The notes under the pieces: model-generated | Databases searched by the model: none | What the model saw: only the letters and a program-made list of their open reading frames with translations | Told to the model about the DNA's origin: nothing | DNA from: a virus | Length of the DNA stretch: 64,000 bases | Virus record (IMG/VR): IMGVR_UViG_3300032093_000012 | Location: 64,001-128,000 of that record | Strand: one strand, 5' to 3' | Position numbers and translations under genes: made by a program | Shown: one piece after another, positions 19,182 to 29,039 of the stretch | How the letters are laid out: every line of letters starts with the position of its first letter | Position numbering within the stretch: the first letter of the stretch is position 1

Positions 19182-19189
19182 TATTTATA
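19182..19189 (-). promoter_or_regulatory. Late promoter TATAAATA
   Basis: tatttata overlapping the stop of the upstream gene. Confidence 0.7.
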
Positions 19190-20198
19190 GTCTTTCTAAC
19201 AAGACTCTTAGATACTTAGCGCCTGTGTCAGTAGCAGTCGTGCCTCTAAATTGAAAGTCGACTTTATACTTTGCGCCATTAATGTTAGCTGAAACTTTTA
19301 TAGATCCACCTTTTCTTTTTCCAAGTTCCGGATAAGAATAAGAAGATTCACTTAAATTATTTACGGTTACTTGATTGCTGCCGCCTATATCTTTAACTAA
19401 TACATCACCAGTTCTTTTTTTATGAACGAAGACTACATTTGTACCTATAGCCTGTTCTAGTACATCTGCTAAGTTTTTAGCAACTGTTGCATAATTTGGT
19501 GTTTGTGTTTGGCATGCATATCCTTCACCAAATCCAACCATCTTTAAACCTTCGAAACCAAAAAACTCGTTTATATCAACCTGTGTATTTTTATTTAAAA
19601 AATACTTTTCTAATGCAGCATTTAGAACATAATATGTTTGCGACATCTTAAGAGAAAGAAAATGTAAATCTTTGCCATTTTTTTGTATAGTTACGTCTGT
19701 TAGTGTTTTTCCATCAGACTTGCTAATATCTAAACGGGTTCCAGTGAACACAACTTCTCTTTTTTGATTCTTATAACCTTCTCTCGTTGCACTGTACGCA
19801 TTACTTTGAGTTAAGTCTAACTTTTTCTGCAATTCATTAATAACATCTGGATGTTTGATATCTGTCATATCAGCACCAGCAAAATAATTATTGAGATCTT
19901 TTTCTATCTCTGATTCGAAAGCTATACCGCCCTGACCTTTAGCAATGATAGGTTTAAAGATGATATCTGTTTTAAAATCAGGAACTGTTAAGACATCTAT
20001 TGATCCAGATTTACTCCTTTTAAAGACACTCGTGAAGTCAACTTTACTGCTTCCTAAAAGCTTCTCAACTTCTTTCTTTGTATCTTCTCTATTCTTTGAC
20101 TTAACATAGATATCATTCTTCTGTAGTAATACTACAGCGTCATTTTTAAACTTCTCTTGTATAAGATTTTTTAATACTTCTATATTTTTACTTGCCAT
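19185..20198 (-). CDS. Hypothetical protein, possible PD-(D/E)xK nuclease-like fold
   Basis: FE.E helix then TLTDVTI...FLSLK; own late promoter at 20222-20229. Confidence 0.45.
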   Translation of the reverse strand: MASKNIEVLKNLIQEKFKNDAVVLLQKNDIYVKSKNREDTKKEVEKLLGSSKVDFTSVFKRSKSGSIDVLTVPDFKTDIIFKPIIAKGQGGIAFESEIEKDLNNYFAGADMTDIKHPDVINELQKKLDLTQSNAYSATREGYKNQKREVVFTGTRLDISKSDGKTLTDVTIQKNGKDLHFLSLKMSQTYYVLNAALEKYFLNKNTQVDINEFFGFEGLKMVGFGEGYACQTQTPNYATVAKNLADVLEQAIGTNVVFVHKKRTGDVLVKDIGGSNQVTVNNLSESSYSYPELGKRKGGSIKVSANINGAKYKVDFQFRGTTATDTGAKYLRVLLERL

Positions 20199-20234
20199 TA
20201 CTTCACCTTATTTTTTATAGATATTTATAAAGTG

Positions 20235-20260
20235 AAAAGGGCGAGCCTTTCGACTCGCCC
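20235..20260 (-). terminator. Rho-independent terminator
   Basis: Minus strand GGGCGAG-tcgaaagg-CTCGCCC followed by TTTT. Confidence 0.8.
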
Positions 20261-20389
20261 CAATGTGCAACATGGACGGGTGGAACCCCACCATTTATCC
20301 CGTCAATTCCAATCCTGATTTATCAGCTTGCCACTTGTGCTGCAGACACAAACGTGTTGCATTGCCGCTCTATTGAAGCGGAACTGTTA
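20235..20389 (-). ncRNA. Candidate late-expressed structured ncRNA
   Basis: ORF-free interval bounded by TATAAATA (20391-20398) and a terminator, with several nested stems. Confidence 0.6.
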
Positions 20390-20393
20390 TTAT

Positions 20394-20600
20394 TTATACT
20401 TCAGGCAGCAGTTTTTCCTGAGGGATATTAATTTTTTTTAGCATAAATGATGGCGTCCAACCATCAAAAGCGCCGCCTAAGTTTAGATGACGAAGAAGTT
20501 TTCTTGCTGGTTCCAACCCGTCATAGTTACGAATAATCTGGTTCGTAGCAGTTTCTACGACTCCAACACCATTTTCATTCATCTTAATCTTATAGTTCAT
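20394..20600 (-). CDS. Conserved hypothetical protein
   Basis: LNLGGAFDGWTPSF motif; follows the helicase. Confidence 0.7.
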   Translation of the reverse strand: MNYKIKMNENGVGVVETATNQIIRNYDGLEPARKLLRHLNLGGAFDGWTPSFMLKKINIPQEKLLPEV

Positions 20601-22021
20601 TATTTAAACCCCACAAATGCTTCTTTACTAAAGTTAAACTTTGGCTTTGGAAGATTTCTTTCTGTATCTTCCGAACCAAACTTGGAATTGTCAAACACAG
20701 ACTTATTCTTTGGACCATCCAAAAGATCTTCCTGTGCTGATTGTTCTACGTCATAAAGCCGCATTTTACTGCGATCAATGCCAAGGAAAAACCTACGATT
20801 AGACCCTGGATCATTATAGCGATTCTTGAGTTGCTTAACCAAGATTTGATTTCGTGATTCCATTTCTTCGTTTGTTTGGAGTCCAAACATAAAATCAGCT
20901 GTGGCCGGGAGTCCAAAGGATTCTGATGTATCTTCCAATCCCAAGTCGCTGCTCGAATATCCACCTCGAGTTGTTTGAGTCGCACTGACGATAGGTACAT
21001 TGAACTCCACGGCAAGTCCTCGTAACTCTTCTGCGATTGCTTTGATATAGGTATAAGAATTGACGTTGGCTCCATACTTCATCCTCGAAGACATGCAGAT
21101 GTTTAGATAATCAATATAGATGATATCTGGTTTAAAGTTCTTCTTGATCTTCAATTCATTAAGAAGATGCCTGAAGTTTGCAGATCCAGCACAGGCTGTT
21201 GGATATTCTTTAACAATCAACTTGCCTGTAGTCTTAGACATAAGCTTCTCGATCTTACCCTTATAAGATTGTAGTGGTATGATCTCGAGCTGATCGAGAG
21301 GGATATCAAGAAGGTTAGAATCAATACGTTCAGCGATGCGTTCTTCTGCCATTTCCATCGTGATGTAAAGGACGTTATATCCCTTAGTCAAGTTAGATGC
21401 AGCACAATGACACATAAACAATGACTTACCAACACCAGTACCAGCAAGAGCAATGTTTAGTGTCTTGTTTGGTAATCCGCCGCCAGTAATTTCATTGAAG
21501 TAGTGCAAGTCGAACGGGATTCGACTTTCTTTCTTGTGGTAAAACTCATAACGTGCATCCGAGTCTTCAAGGAAGTCATGCCCAATATGCGTATCAAAAG
21601 ATACTGCAAGTGCATCTGATAAGATCTGTGGAATGGCCCCTTTAGAGGCTTTCCCACTCTTATCATCCAATATTTGAATGGAGGCCATGATCGCGTTGTA
21701 GACCGCTTTTTCTTGACAGAACTTTTCTGTTTGGTCAAGTAACCATTGGATTTCAGTCTTCTCATCCGGTTTTAGCTCCGAGATCTTATCACGAGTCTTC
21801 TTAAATACTTCTTCATTGATACCATCTTTGTTTGATAGATCGATGATTAGTGCTTCTTTAGTTGGGAATGTGTTGTACTTCTTAACATACTCATCAACAA
21901 GATTAAATGCTAATTTATCAGAATAATCTTGAAAGTATTCTTCTTTCAAAAAAGGTATAACTTTTCTACCGTAATCTTCGTTTGTTAGAAGATTACCAAA
22001 GATTAGTTGTTCAATAGCCAT
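20600..22021 (-). CDS. Replicative DNA helicase (T4 gp41-like)
   Basis: AGTGVGKS Walker A, IYIDYLNI, SATQTTR, DTSESFGLPATAD. Confidence 0.97.
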   Translation of the reverse strand: MAIEQLIFGNLLTNEDYGRKVIPFLKEEYFQDYSDKLAFNLVDEYVKKYNTFPTKEALIIDLSNKDGINEEVFKKTRDKISELKPDEKTEIQWLLDQTEKFCQEKAVYNAIMASIQILDDKSGKASKGAIPQILSDALAVSFDTHIGHDFLEDSDARYEFYHKKESRIPFDLHYFNEITGGGLPNKTLNIALAGTGVGKSLFMCHCAASNLTKGYNVLYITMEMAEERIAERIDSNLLDIPLDQLEIIPLQSYKGKIEKLMSKTTGKLIVKEYPTACAGSANFRHLLNELKIKKNFKPDIIYIDYLNICMSSRMKYGANVNSYTYIKAIAEELRGLAVEFNVPIVSATQTTRGGYSSSDLGLEDTSESFGLPATADFMFGLQTNEEMESRNQILVKQLKNRYNDPGSNRRFFLGIDRSKMRLYDVEQSAQEDLLDGPKNKSVFDNSKFGSEDTERNLPKPKFNFSKEAFVGFK

Positions 22022-22030
22022 TCGTTTTCC

Positions 22031-22249
22031 TTAGTAGCTAATTTGAAGATCTTTTAGACTAAAAACACCAATTACCCAATTCTCTGCAGCATCTTCGACA
22101 TAATGCATAGATCGATCTGGAAATACACGGTGTTCTTCAATATCATTAATCTTATAGATTACACCATAATCGTTTCCATCATGCACTACGCGTGCACTAC
22201 GATTGGAATATTCATCAACACCCTTGTACTCATGCAGCGTCTTCATCAT
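22031..22249 (-). CDS. Hypothetical protein
   Basis: GGAGG RBS before MMKTLHEY; YVEDAAENWV motif. Confidence 0.65.
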   Translation of the reverse strand: MMKTLHEYKGVDEYSNRSARVVHDGNDYGVIYKINDIEEHRVFPDRSMHYVEDAAENWVIGVFSLKDLQISY

Positions 22250-23279
22250 CAACCTCCATGATTGAACCAACTGCCATCTTATAAGTATTTTTGATATAAT
22301 CAGCAAAATCTGTATCCTGGAACATCTTGGTCCAAAATTCTTTATTATCTACAATGTCGCCAGCACGCATTGAAGGCTGTCTGACTTCGCCTGTTTCTTT
22401 ATCTACGGTAGCATACCAACCAGCTTTAGGCTTAACAATGTAGCCACCATCAATAGCAACATCCAATAGGCCAGACCACCTATTAATACCTCCATCATAA
22501 CTGACCGTGATAGGGATCTTAGACTTTTCTTTAACATAACGGGACTTCTCCACGTTGATTACGAAATGGTAGCCAGAGATACCATCCGCATCTTTTTCCT
22601 GTTGACGACCAAGGATCCAGATATTATCTGATCCATAGTAAGATCCAGTACCACCGCCAACGATATCCTTAGGATAGAGACCGATCTCCTTATATGTATG
22701 GTTGATCACTATCATAGGAATATCTTTAAGAGAAAGATGTGGTGTAATCATACGGAAGAGTGACTTAAGTTGTTTAGCACGAGACATGTCAGCAACTGAC
22801 TTACCATCAAGTGCATCCTCAACTTCTTTCTTAGAAGCAAGGTTACCAATAGAGTCGATGATAATCATGACATGATCATTGCGATCAAGCTCTTTCATCT
22901 GAGCCATAATATCAAACTTCAATTCTTCGATGTCGGTGATAGGAGTATGCACAACAGACTCAAAAGGAATATTAAAGGTACTAAAATAGGACTGAGGAGT
23001 GCCGAACTCAGAATCGTAAAAAAGAACAATGCCATCTTTGTACTTCCTTAGAAAGGATGATGCCATTAAAAGAGCAAAGCCAGTCTTAAAGTGCTTAGAT
23101 GGTCCAGCAAGCATTGTAAGGCCGGGTGTGATACCACCATCAACTGAGCCAGACAACGCAACGTTGATCATGGGTACAGGAGTAGGGATCATATCCTTCT
23201 TTGCAAAGACTTTACTGTCAAGTAGAGTAGATGTAAGATCAATCGTAGAATTCTTAATAAGCTTATCTTTAAGTGACAT
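22230..23279 (-). CDS. uvsX: RecA-like recombinase
   Basis: AGPSKHFKT, FYDSEFG, IDSIGNLASKKE, GGGTG. Confidence 0.96.
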   Translation of the reverse strand: MSLKDKLIKNSTIDLTSTLLDSKVFAKKDMIPTPVPMINVALSGSVDGGITPGLTMLAGPSKHFKTGFALLMASSFLRKYKDGIVLFYDSEFGTPQSYFSTFNIPFESVVHTPITDIEELKFDIMAQMKELDRNDHVMIIIDSIGNLASKKEVEDALDGKSVADMSRAKQLKSLFRMITPHLSLKDIPMIVINHTYKEIGLYPKDIVGGGTGSYYGSDNIWILGRQQEKDADGISGYHFVINVEKSRYVKEKSKIPITVSYDGGINRWSGLLDVAIDGGYIVKPKAGWYATVDKETGEVRQPSMRAGDIVDNKEFWTKMFQDTDFADYIKNTYKMAVGSIMEVDDEDAA

Positions 23280-23287
23280 AACGACTC

Positions 23288-24088
23288 CTATTTGTCAAGT
23301 ACTTTATCATCAATTTCTAATATACCAATATTTTGCTCTTTTGTAAACCGTTTTTGATTAGTTATACCAATATTTGCTGCTATTAAGAGTACGATAGCGA
23401 GAGGATCAAAAACAAAAACAAGAAGAAGAATGACCATCCTAACACTTCTTTCAAGGTTATCAACAGACTGTACTTCATATATGAGCTCAGAAATGTATTT
23501 GAGTGGTCCAACTTCTGCTTCGAGTTTTTTGATATCAGATTCAAGTCTAATTCTTTGTTCTGTATATGTGGATATATTTTTGACATGATCGTCTTTCCTT
23601 TTGACGAGTGATTCTCTCGTCTTTCTCTGCTGGTCAGCAGCTTTGAGTGCTGTTGCTGCTTGTCCACGATCAGTCATCTTATTTAATGCAGCATCAATTT
23701 GTTGTATCTGTTTGTCTAAGTCATCTATGCTTTGTTTTTCAAATCCAATCTTAGAGTTTAATATTTGTATTTGATCAGCAGTGCCAGTATTTAAATTAAC
23801 TGTCTGGTCAATATGTGCTTTAGATAAGAAACCAAATATACCCATGCTTGTAATAAACATCAATATAAAAACAGCTGTACTTAAATATGTTTTAATTAGA
23901 AACGGTGTTTGCCTCCAGTTTCTATACAACCATGATGCTGTTACTAGTTTACCAACTTCTAATACAGATCCCATCACTACAACTGGCCAGAACGCTGACG
24001 CAAATATGGTCGTGAGACCTATGATTGAATAGTAGCCAGAGACACCCGATAGAGCTAAGGCTACTGCGAGTGCCAGATAGTTTATCAT
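23288..24088 (-). CDS. Conserved membrane / coiled-coil protein
   Basis: 3 N-terminal TMs (LEVGKLV, TSMGIFGFLSKAH), coiled coil, EVGPLKYI, VFDPLAI TM. Confidence 0.75.
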   Translation of the reverse strand: MINYLALAVALALSGVSGYYSIIGLTTIFASAFWPVVVMGSVLEVGKLVTASWLYRNWRQTPFLIKTYLSTAVFILMFITSMGIFGFLSKAHIDQTVNLNTGTADQIQILNSKIGFEKQSIDDLDKQIQQIDAALNKMTDRGQAATALKAADQQRKTRESLVKRKDDHVKNISTYTEQRIRLESDIKKLEAEVGPLKYISELIYEVQSVDNLERSVRMVILLLVFVFDPLAIVLLIAANIGITNQKRFTKEQNIGILEIDDKVLDK

Positions 24089-24372
24089 CCGTCTACGTAA
24101 GTATTAATTTTCTTTATGAAAGCTTGGATCCTTGCAGATCGATCGGGCCAGAGGATATATTCTTTATTAGGATCTTTTGATAAGTTTTGTAGTAAAGGCA
24201 TGATCATATCTCTTAGTCCGTGTAACTTATCTTGAGCTTCAGCAGTCTTTTGTTCTACTGCTTTAGATTGTTGTTCTACTACTTTTTTTAGTTGTTCTTC
24301 GTGGGCTTTTAGTTCTGACTCAGATACAAGACTAAAGCCAAAATCGTCATCATTTAATTTCATGCGAACCAA
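24085..24372 (-). CDS. Conserved hypothetical protein
   Basis: DDFGFS...PLLQNL..DP.KEYILWPDR. Confidence 0.7.
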   Translation of the reverse strand: MVRMKLNDDDFGFSLVSESELKAHEEQLKKVVEQQSKAVEQKTAEAQDKLHGLRDMIMPLLQNLSKDPNKEYILWPDRSARIQAFIKKINTYVDG

Positions 24373-26873
24373 TCCTCTAACGTAGATATCTTCTTATTAT
24401 TTACTTTCCAGTGTAGTACATCAAGTATAGACTTGATCGGATCAAGGAAAGCTCTATCAAATTGCTTATCATAGTCAATGTATTTATTAATCTCAAGTTG
24501 TTTAGGCATAGCAGAATTTGTAGCTATGACGTTTTCTTGTCTTGTGATAGGATTAGGAGTAATAAGATATGCAAACTTGATCTTATCACCATTAGCAATT
24601 GGCTGATGCTTCTTCTCGAGACCTGCATCTTTAATTACTTTATTGTAGAGGAGAGATGCTCTAACTTGGATCGGCAGAGATTTCTGATCAAGCTTGTAGT
24701 GAAGAGGGAATGTACTACCACCATCATTCTTACGAAAGTAAATCATCTTAACACTACGAGGAAATGCTACTTCTTCGAACTCCATGTTATAGAACCTATC
24801 TCTAAAATCTTCAATGAAGTTAAGGACAGTTTTCTGATCAGTATTCATGATGAGTTCTAGTGTTTTCTTAATGTTCTCACGGCAAGATGCGGGTGTAGAT
24901 GAACGAACTGCTTCGATACCCATGATCTTAAGTTCTGGCTTTTCATACTGCACACCCTCGCTATTCCATACGTTGAGGATGTACATCTTCTTTGCTTTCC
25001 AGATACCTTTATTAGCGATGTTCTCTCGCTTCATCTGCATCTTCTGTTGATATGCATTCATCATGTCAGCAAGGTCTTGATACGACTTATTGATATAAGG
25101 CTGTATCTTCTGTTCACAGAATGCATCAAGCGCTCTAACTACCTCGTGATCATCTGTCATTTCCAACTTCTCAACGAGAGGACCCATGTTGACATACACC
25201 GAGTCAGTATCAGATGCAATCACATAGTCTTTATTATCCGTCTTGAGCATCTTGTTGAAGTATGCATTAATCTTCTGTTCGATCCAACGGATCGATAGCT
25301 GACCAGAAGTTGTGATTGCCTCCGCGTGATTAAAGTTGAACCACCTGAAGTATTGGTTACCCAACGCACCATATGCCGAGTTGAGCTGGATCTTTTTGGC
25401 AAGCTGGAGATTGTGATAACGCGATGCAAGTTTTTCGTCATCTTTGCTTTTCGTTTCTTTGAATCTTTTCTTGGCTTCAAGCATCTTGTCTTTGTAGATA
25501 ACACGATCATTGTACATCTTCTCCATGAGTTGAGGCAAGAATCCTTGTGTGTCTTTACGGTACATACAACCATTGGCTGCATAAGCTACCATGCCATCAC
25601 GATATTCCCAATTACCTTCTAGCAAATAATCGATTGAAGGAAATTGTGTACGACCAACAAAGGTTTCTGGTGAGATATTATATTGCATGATAAGGTGTGG
25701 ATAAAGAGAGTTCAAGTCGAAAGATACAACCCATTTATGCATACCTACCTGCGGGTCTTTAACATAGCCACCAACGAGAGTGTCGTAGTTATCTTCGATC
25801 TTTTGCTGCGGGATGACGATCTTCTGATCCAACAGGTAGTTGTGGATGATAACATCCCACGGTCGAACTGTAGTTAGTGTATCCATATAGTTGACTTTGG
25901 CATCATATGCAAGCGCAAACACCTGCTTAATAAAACCAAGCTTATCTTCAAGACGGTCTACGAGCACACAGTCGTGAATGTTATAGTCGATGAACTTCTC
26001 GTAGTCTTTCTTGTAAAGATCCAAGAGACTATCATATTCAGAGTAATCGAGCTTACGTTCACCAAGGACGATGTTAGCGATATGGTCTAGACGATACGAT
26101 TCTTGGTTAGTAAATGAAAACTTCTTATAGAGATGCATGTAGTCAAGGATAGTTACACCAGCAGGAACGAATGCTTGGTTCTTCTGGTCTCGAACGATGA
26201 TCTCTTTCTCGTCGAGGAACTTCCACGGCGAAAGCTTCTTGGCTTCTTTCTCGCCAAGCTGGCCGATGATACGGTTAACGATATACGGTACGTCAAAGAA
26301 CTCTACGTTCCAACCAGTCAATACATCTGGTGTCCAGTCAGGATGATTCCATGCAAGGATAAACTTAGCAAGCAGATCTTTCTCATCTTTACAAAGGACA
26401 TATGAAACATCATCAGACTTTGGCTTATAGTAACCACAACCAAACACGATGCTACGACCATTCTTACGAAGAGAGATAGCAGTGATTGGTTTAGATGCTT
26501 GCTTGATATCCGGAAAGCCGTCATCGCTAGCTACCTCGATATCGATAGTCACTACTGAAACTAGTTCAGGATCGTAGTCGATCTGACCGGGATACTCATC
26601 ATTGATGAATACGTATGGGTAGTTAGTTAGACCATAGAACTTGAAGTTAGATACGTCGCCATATTGCTTGACGAAGTCACGCGCTTCTCGCATAGAACTA
26701 AAGTTGATCTTGCCAACTTTCTTGTTGTCGAGAGTTAAATATTCGCCCTTATCAGAAGGGATGAAGAGGTAGGGTTGATAGTCTACCTCTTCACTAATGC
26801 GTTTACCGTTTTGATATCCACGTAGATAAATCTTGTTACCACGTGCATAGAAGTTTGTATAGAAACGTGACAT
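24360..26873 (-). CDS. Family B DNA polymerase (T4 gp43-like)
   Basis: DIEV exonuclease, SFDLNSLYPH, KIQLNSAYG, ASDTDS. Confidence 0.98.
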   Translation of the reverse strand: MSRFYTNFYARGNKIYLRGYQNGKRISEEVDYQPYLFIPSDKGEYLTLDNKKVGKINFSSMREARDFVKQYGDVSNFKFYGLTNYPYVFINDEYPGQIDYDPELVSVVTIDIEVASDDGFPDIKQASKPITAISLRKNGRSIVFGCGYYKPKSDDVSYVLCKDEKDLLAKFILAWNHPDWTPDVLTGWNVEFFDVPYIVNRIIGQLGEKEAKKLSPWKFLDEKEIIVRDQKNQAFVPAGVTILDYMHLYKKFSFTNQESYRLDHIANIVLGERKLDYSEYDSLLDLYKKDYEKFIDYNIHDCVLVDRLEDKLGFIKQVFALAYDAKVNYMDTLTTVRPWDVIIHNYLLDQKIVIPQQKIEDNYDTLVGGYVKDPQVGMHKWVVSFDLNSLYPHLIMQYNISPETFVGRTQFPSIDYLLEGNWEYRDGMVAYAANGCMYRKDTQGFLPQLMEKMYNDRVIYKDKMLEAKKRFKETKSKDDEKLASRYHNLQLAKKIQLNSAYGALGNQYFRWFNFNHAEAITTSGQLSIRWIEQKINAYFNKMLKTDNKDYVIASDTDSVYVNMGPLVEKLEMTDDHEVVRALDAFCEQKIQPYINKSYQDLADMMNAYQQKMQMKRENIANKGIWKAKKMYILNVWNSEGVQYEKPELKIMGIEAVRSSTPASCRENIKKTLELIMNTDQKTVLNFIEDFRDRFYNMEFEEVAFPRSVKMIYFRKNDGGSTFPLHYKLDQKSLPIQVRASLLYNKVIKDAGLEKKHQPIANGDKIKFAYLITPNPITRQENVIATNSAMPKQLEINKYIDYDKQFDRAFLDPIKSILDVLHWKVNNKKISTLEDWFA

Positions 26874-26936
26874 TAAATGCTACCTCAAGACTGTCAATTA
26901 TAGGCATATTATAACATATTTTAGATCAGAAGTAAA

Positions 26937-27407
26937 TTACTGTTTACCAGCTATCTTCTCTTGTCCACGTGTCCAAGCAGCAACACCAAGGATGGCACCG
27001 AATGCCATGTGAATCAATCCACCATTATCAAGTGTGATTGACTTCCACGGGATGTATGTCATGCCTTTTAAGAATTGTGGCATGAACATCGCGATGATTG
27101 GAAAAGCAACGAAGTCACAGAAACACATGATCATGTAAAGCCAGCCCATAGCTGGTCTCCACATTGATTTCATCCACGGTTCTTCTTGCTTAGCGTTTTC
27201 CGCTTTCCATTTTTCTCTTTCTAATTCAATGGCTGCAAGTTGTGCTGCCTCTGAAACTTGTGGTGTTGCGCTTGGTCTTGATGGACCAGTATCAACATAA
27301 CTAGTTTGTATAGATGCAGCTGCACCCTTTGTTGCGGGTGGTAGCTGATCCATCGCAGGCTTTGGTGCTACTGGTTCGTCGTCTAGTGTACCGAATTTAG
27401 GCATCAT
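26937..27407 (-). CDS. Holin-like membrane protein (3TM/GTA-holin-like)
   Basis: WRPAMGWLY motif, two hydrophobic segments, directly downstream of the endolysin. Confidence 0.6.
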   Translation of the reverse strand: MMPKFGTLDDEPVAPKPAMDQLPPATKGAAASIQTSYVDTGPSRPSATPQVSEAAQLAAIELEREKWKAENAKQEEPWMKSMWRPAMGWLYMIMCFCDFVAFPIIAMFMPQFLKGMTYIPWKSITLDNGGLIHMAFGAILGVAAWTRGQEKIAGKQ

Positions 27408-28027
27408 TAACCTCCAAAGATTTCTAAGGCTGCTTCATAATGATGCTTACGGTCTTCAAGACCTATTGTTCCACCGTTGATTTTTTTAGTTACAGTTAGG
27501 ATATCATCCTTATCTGCCCATTGATTGAGTTCACGTGAATCCCAGAACCAACCTGCAGACCATGCTGCACCCTCTTCCGTTTCTAACCATGTAGCTGCTT
27601 CTTGTAACTCCATGTTCATATCAGAAGCGAATGCTTGATAGTTGCTTTTGCCTGTTAATTGAATAAGACCACGACCGCAGTAGCGGTAACCATCACCAGA
27701 CTCAGGAGGACCGTTGCCCATTCTACTTGCGTAGACGAGGTTAGCAATCTTCTCTGGATTCTTGGCATACTCGTTTGGGTTCTTACCACGAAAATACTTC
27801 GGGAACACTTTTACGAGTGTCTCCGCCCTGTAGTTTAAGTTCTCCTTCCTAGCGCGTAGGCCACCAGATTCATGGCCTACTTGTGCTAAGAACATTGATA
27901 TTCTTCTTGGATTATTGATCTCATAGAATTCCATTACTTCATTTAATGAATCTACGAATGCTTGAACGATGTCTTCGTCAGTGTCTTCAAAAAACTCATT
28001 CAACTGTTCAAATGTTACTAAAGCCAT
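27407..28027 (-). CDS. GH19 endolysin
   Basis: FLAQVGHES, ENLNY, YCGRGLIQLTGKSNY, TKKINGG.IGL.DR. Confidence 0.92.
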   Translation of the reverse strand: MALVTFEQLNEFFEDTDEDIVQAFVDSLNEVMEFYEINNPRRISMFLAQVGHESGGLRARKENLNYRAETLVKVFPKYFRGKNPNEYAKNPEKIANLVYASRMGNGPPESGDGYRYCGRGLIQLTGKSNYQAFASDMNMELQEAATWLETEEGAAWSAGWFWDSRELNQWADKDDILTVTKKINGGTIGLEDRKHHYEAALEIFGG

Positions 28028-28172
28028 TTTAATCTCCTATATCGTAATCAGATCATAATATAGGGATTCATCATGGCTTATTTATGATTTAAGAACGCTC
28101 CAGTTTTAGTATGCCACTGATCTTGCAAATCTTTAATCTCTAATATTAGTTCGTAAATGAACTTAAACATGT

Positions 28173-28337
28173 TCATGACCTTGCAAAGTGCTTGGCAGCT
28201 TCAAACAAGATCTCTTCTCTACTAAGACCAAGACTTTTTAACTCATGATCTGTAAGTGAATTTAACTGTGAAATTGTTGACACGTATAGTGAATAGTTAC
28301 TTGCCCATTTGGCAGCAGCTTCTAGTATATTTAACAT
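28173..28337 (-). CDS. DUF1127 (YjiS-like) small protein
   Basis: Below the ORF-track cutoff; translates to MLNILEAAAKW...TISQLNSLTDHELKSLGLSREEI... Confidence 0.7.
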   Translation of the reverse strand: MLNILEAAAKWASNYSLYVSTISQLNSLTDHELKSLGLSREEILFEAAKHFARS

Positions 28338-28426
28338 TTGTGTAGTCTTTCTTTAGTTCGTATTAAATGAAAATGTGGCCAGTTGCTTTTGCCACCAGCC
28401 ACATGTCACATTATGTCATGATATAA

Positions 28427-28948
28427 TTACTTGTCTTCTACAAGAAGTTCTTTCTTTGACTTCTTTGAAGCTTCTGTATCTGTGATATCAATCTTCTTTG
28501 GCTTCTTATCTTCTGGAATGATATGTTCCAACCAGATCTTAAGGATGCCATTGACCATAGCAGCATTATTAACGACAACATTATCAGCTAGTGAGAATGT
28601 ACGAGTGAATGCACGATCAGCAATTCCCTTGTGAAGGTATTGAACATCAATGCCGTCTTCTGTGAGAGTTTCGACAGTTGTTTGACCCTTGACAACAAGC
28701 TTGTTATCTTCGAGTGTAAGTTCGATATCTTGCTTACCAAACCCTGCAACAGCAAGCTCAACTACATAGACGTTATCGTCTGTCTTCTTGAGATTGAATG
28801 GAGGGAATGCAGCACCAGCAGTCTTAGAAATGTGTTCTACAGTTTCTGCCATGCGTTGTGCAACTTTATCAGCACCAACGAAGAACTTACCAAACTTTTC
28901 GAGATCAGCAAAAGAGTGGTCGAATTTATATGTAGGCCAGTTTGTCAT
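28427..28948 (-). CDS. Small heat shock protein Hsp20/IbpA-like
   Basis: FPPFNL, ELAVAGF, YLHKGIADRAFTRTF.LA, NGIL.I.L. Confidence 0.95.
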   Translation of the reverse strand: MTNWPTYKFDHSFADLEKFGKFFVGADKVAQRMAETVEHISKTAGAAFPPFNLKKTDDNVYVVELAVAGFGKQDIELTLEDNKLVVKGQTTVETLTEDGIDVQYLHKGIADRAFTRTFSLADNVVVNNAAMVNGILKIWLEHIIPEDKKPKKIDITDTEASKKSKKELLVEDK

Positions 28949-28955
28949 GTGTTTT

Positions 28956-29000
28956 CTCCTATTAAGCGAGTATTATAATAATGGATCCATTAGGCATCCA
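28956..29000 (-). promoter_or_regulatory. ROSE-like RNA thermometer in the hsp20 5' UTR
   Basis: Minus strand CUCGCU-uaau-AGGAG hairpin sequesters the SD; upstream UGGAU/AUCCA hairpin; TTGACA promoter at 29031-29036. Confidence 0.65.
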
Positions 29001-29039
29001 CAATTCTATATATATTCATTCACTTAAAAATGTCAATGG

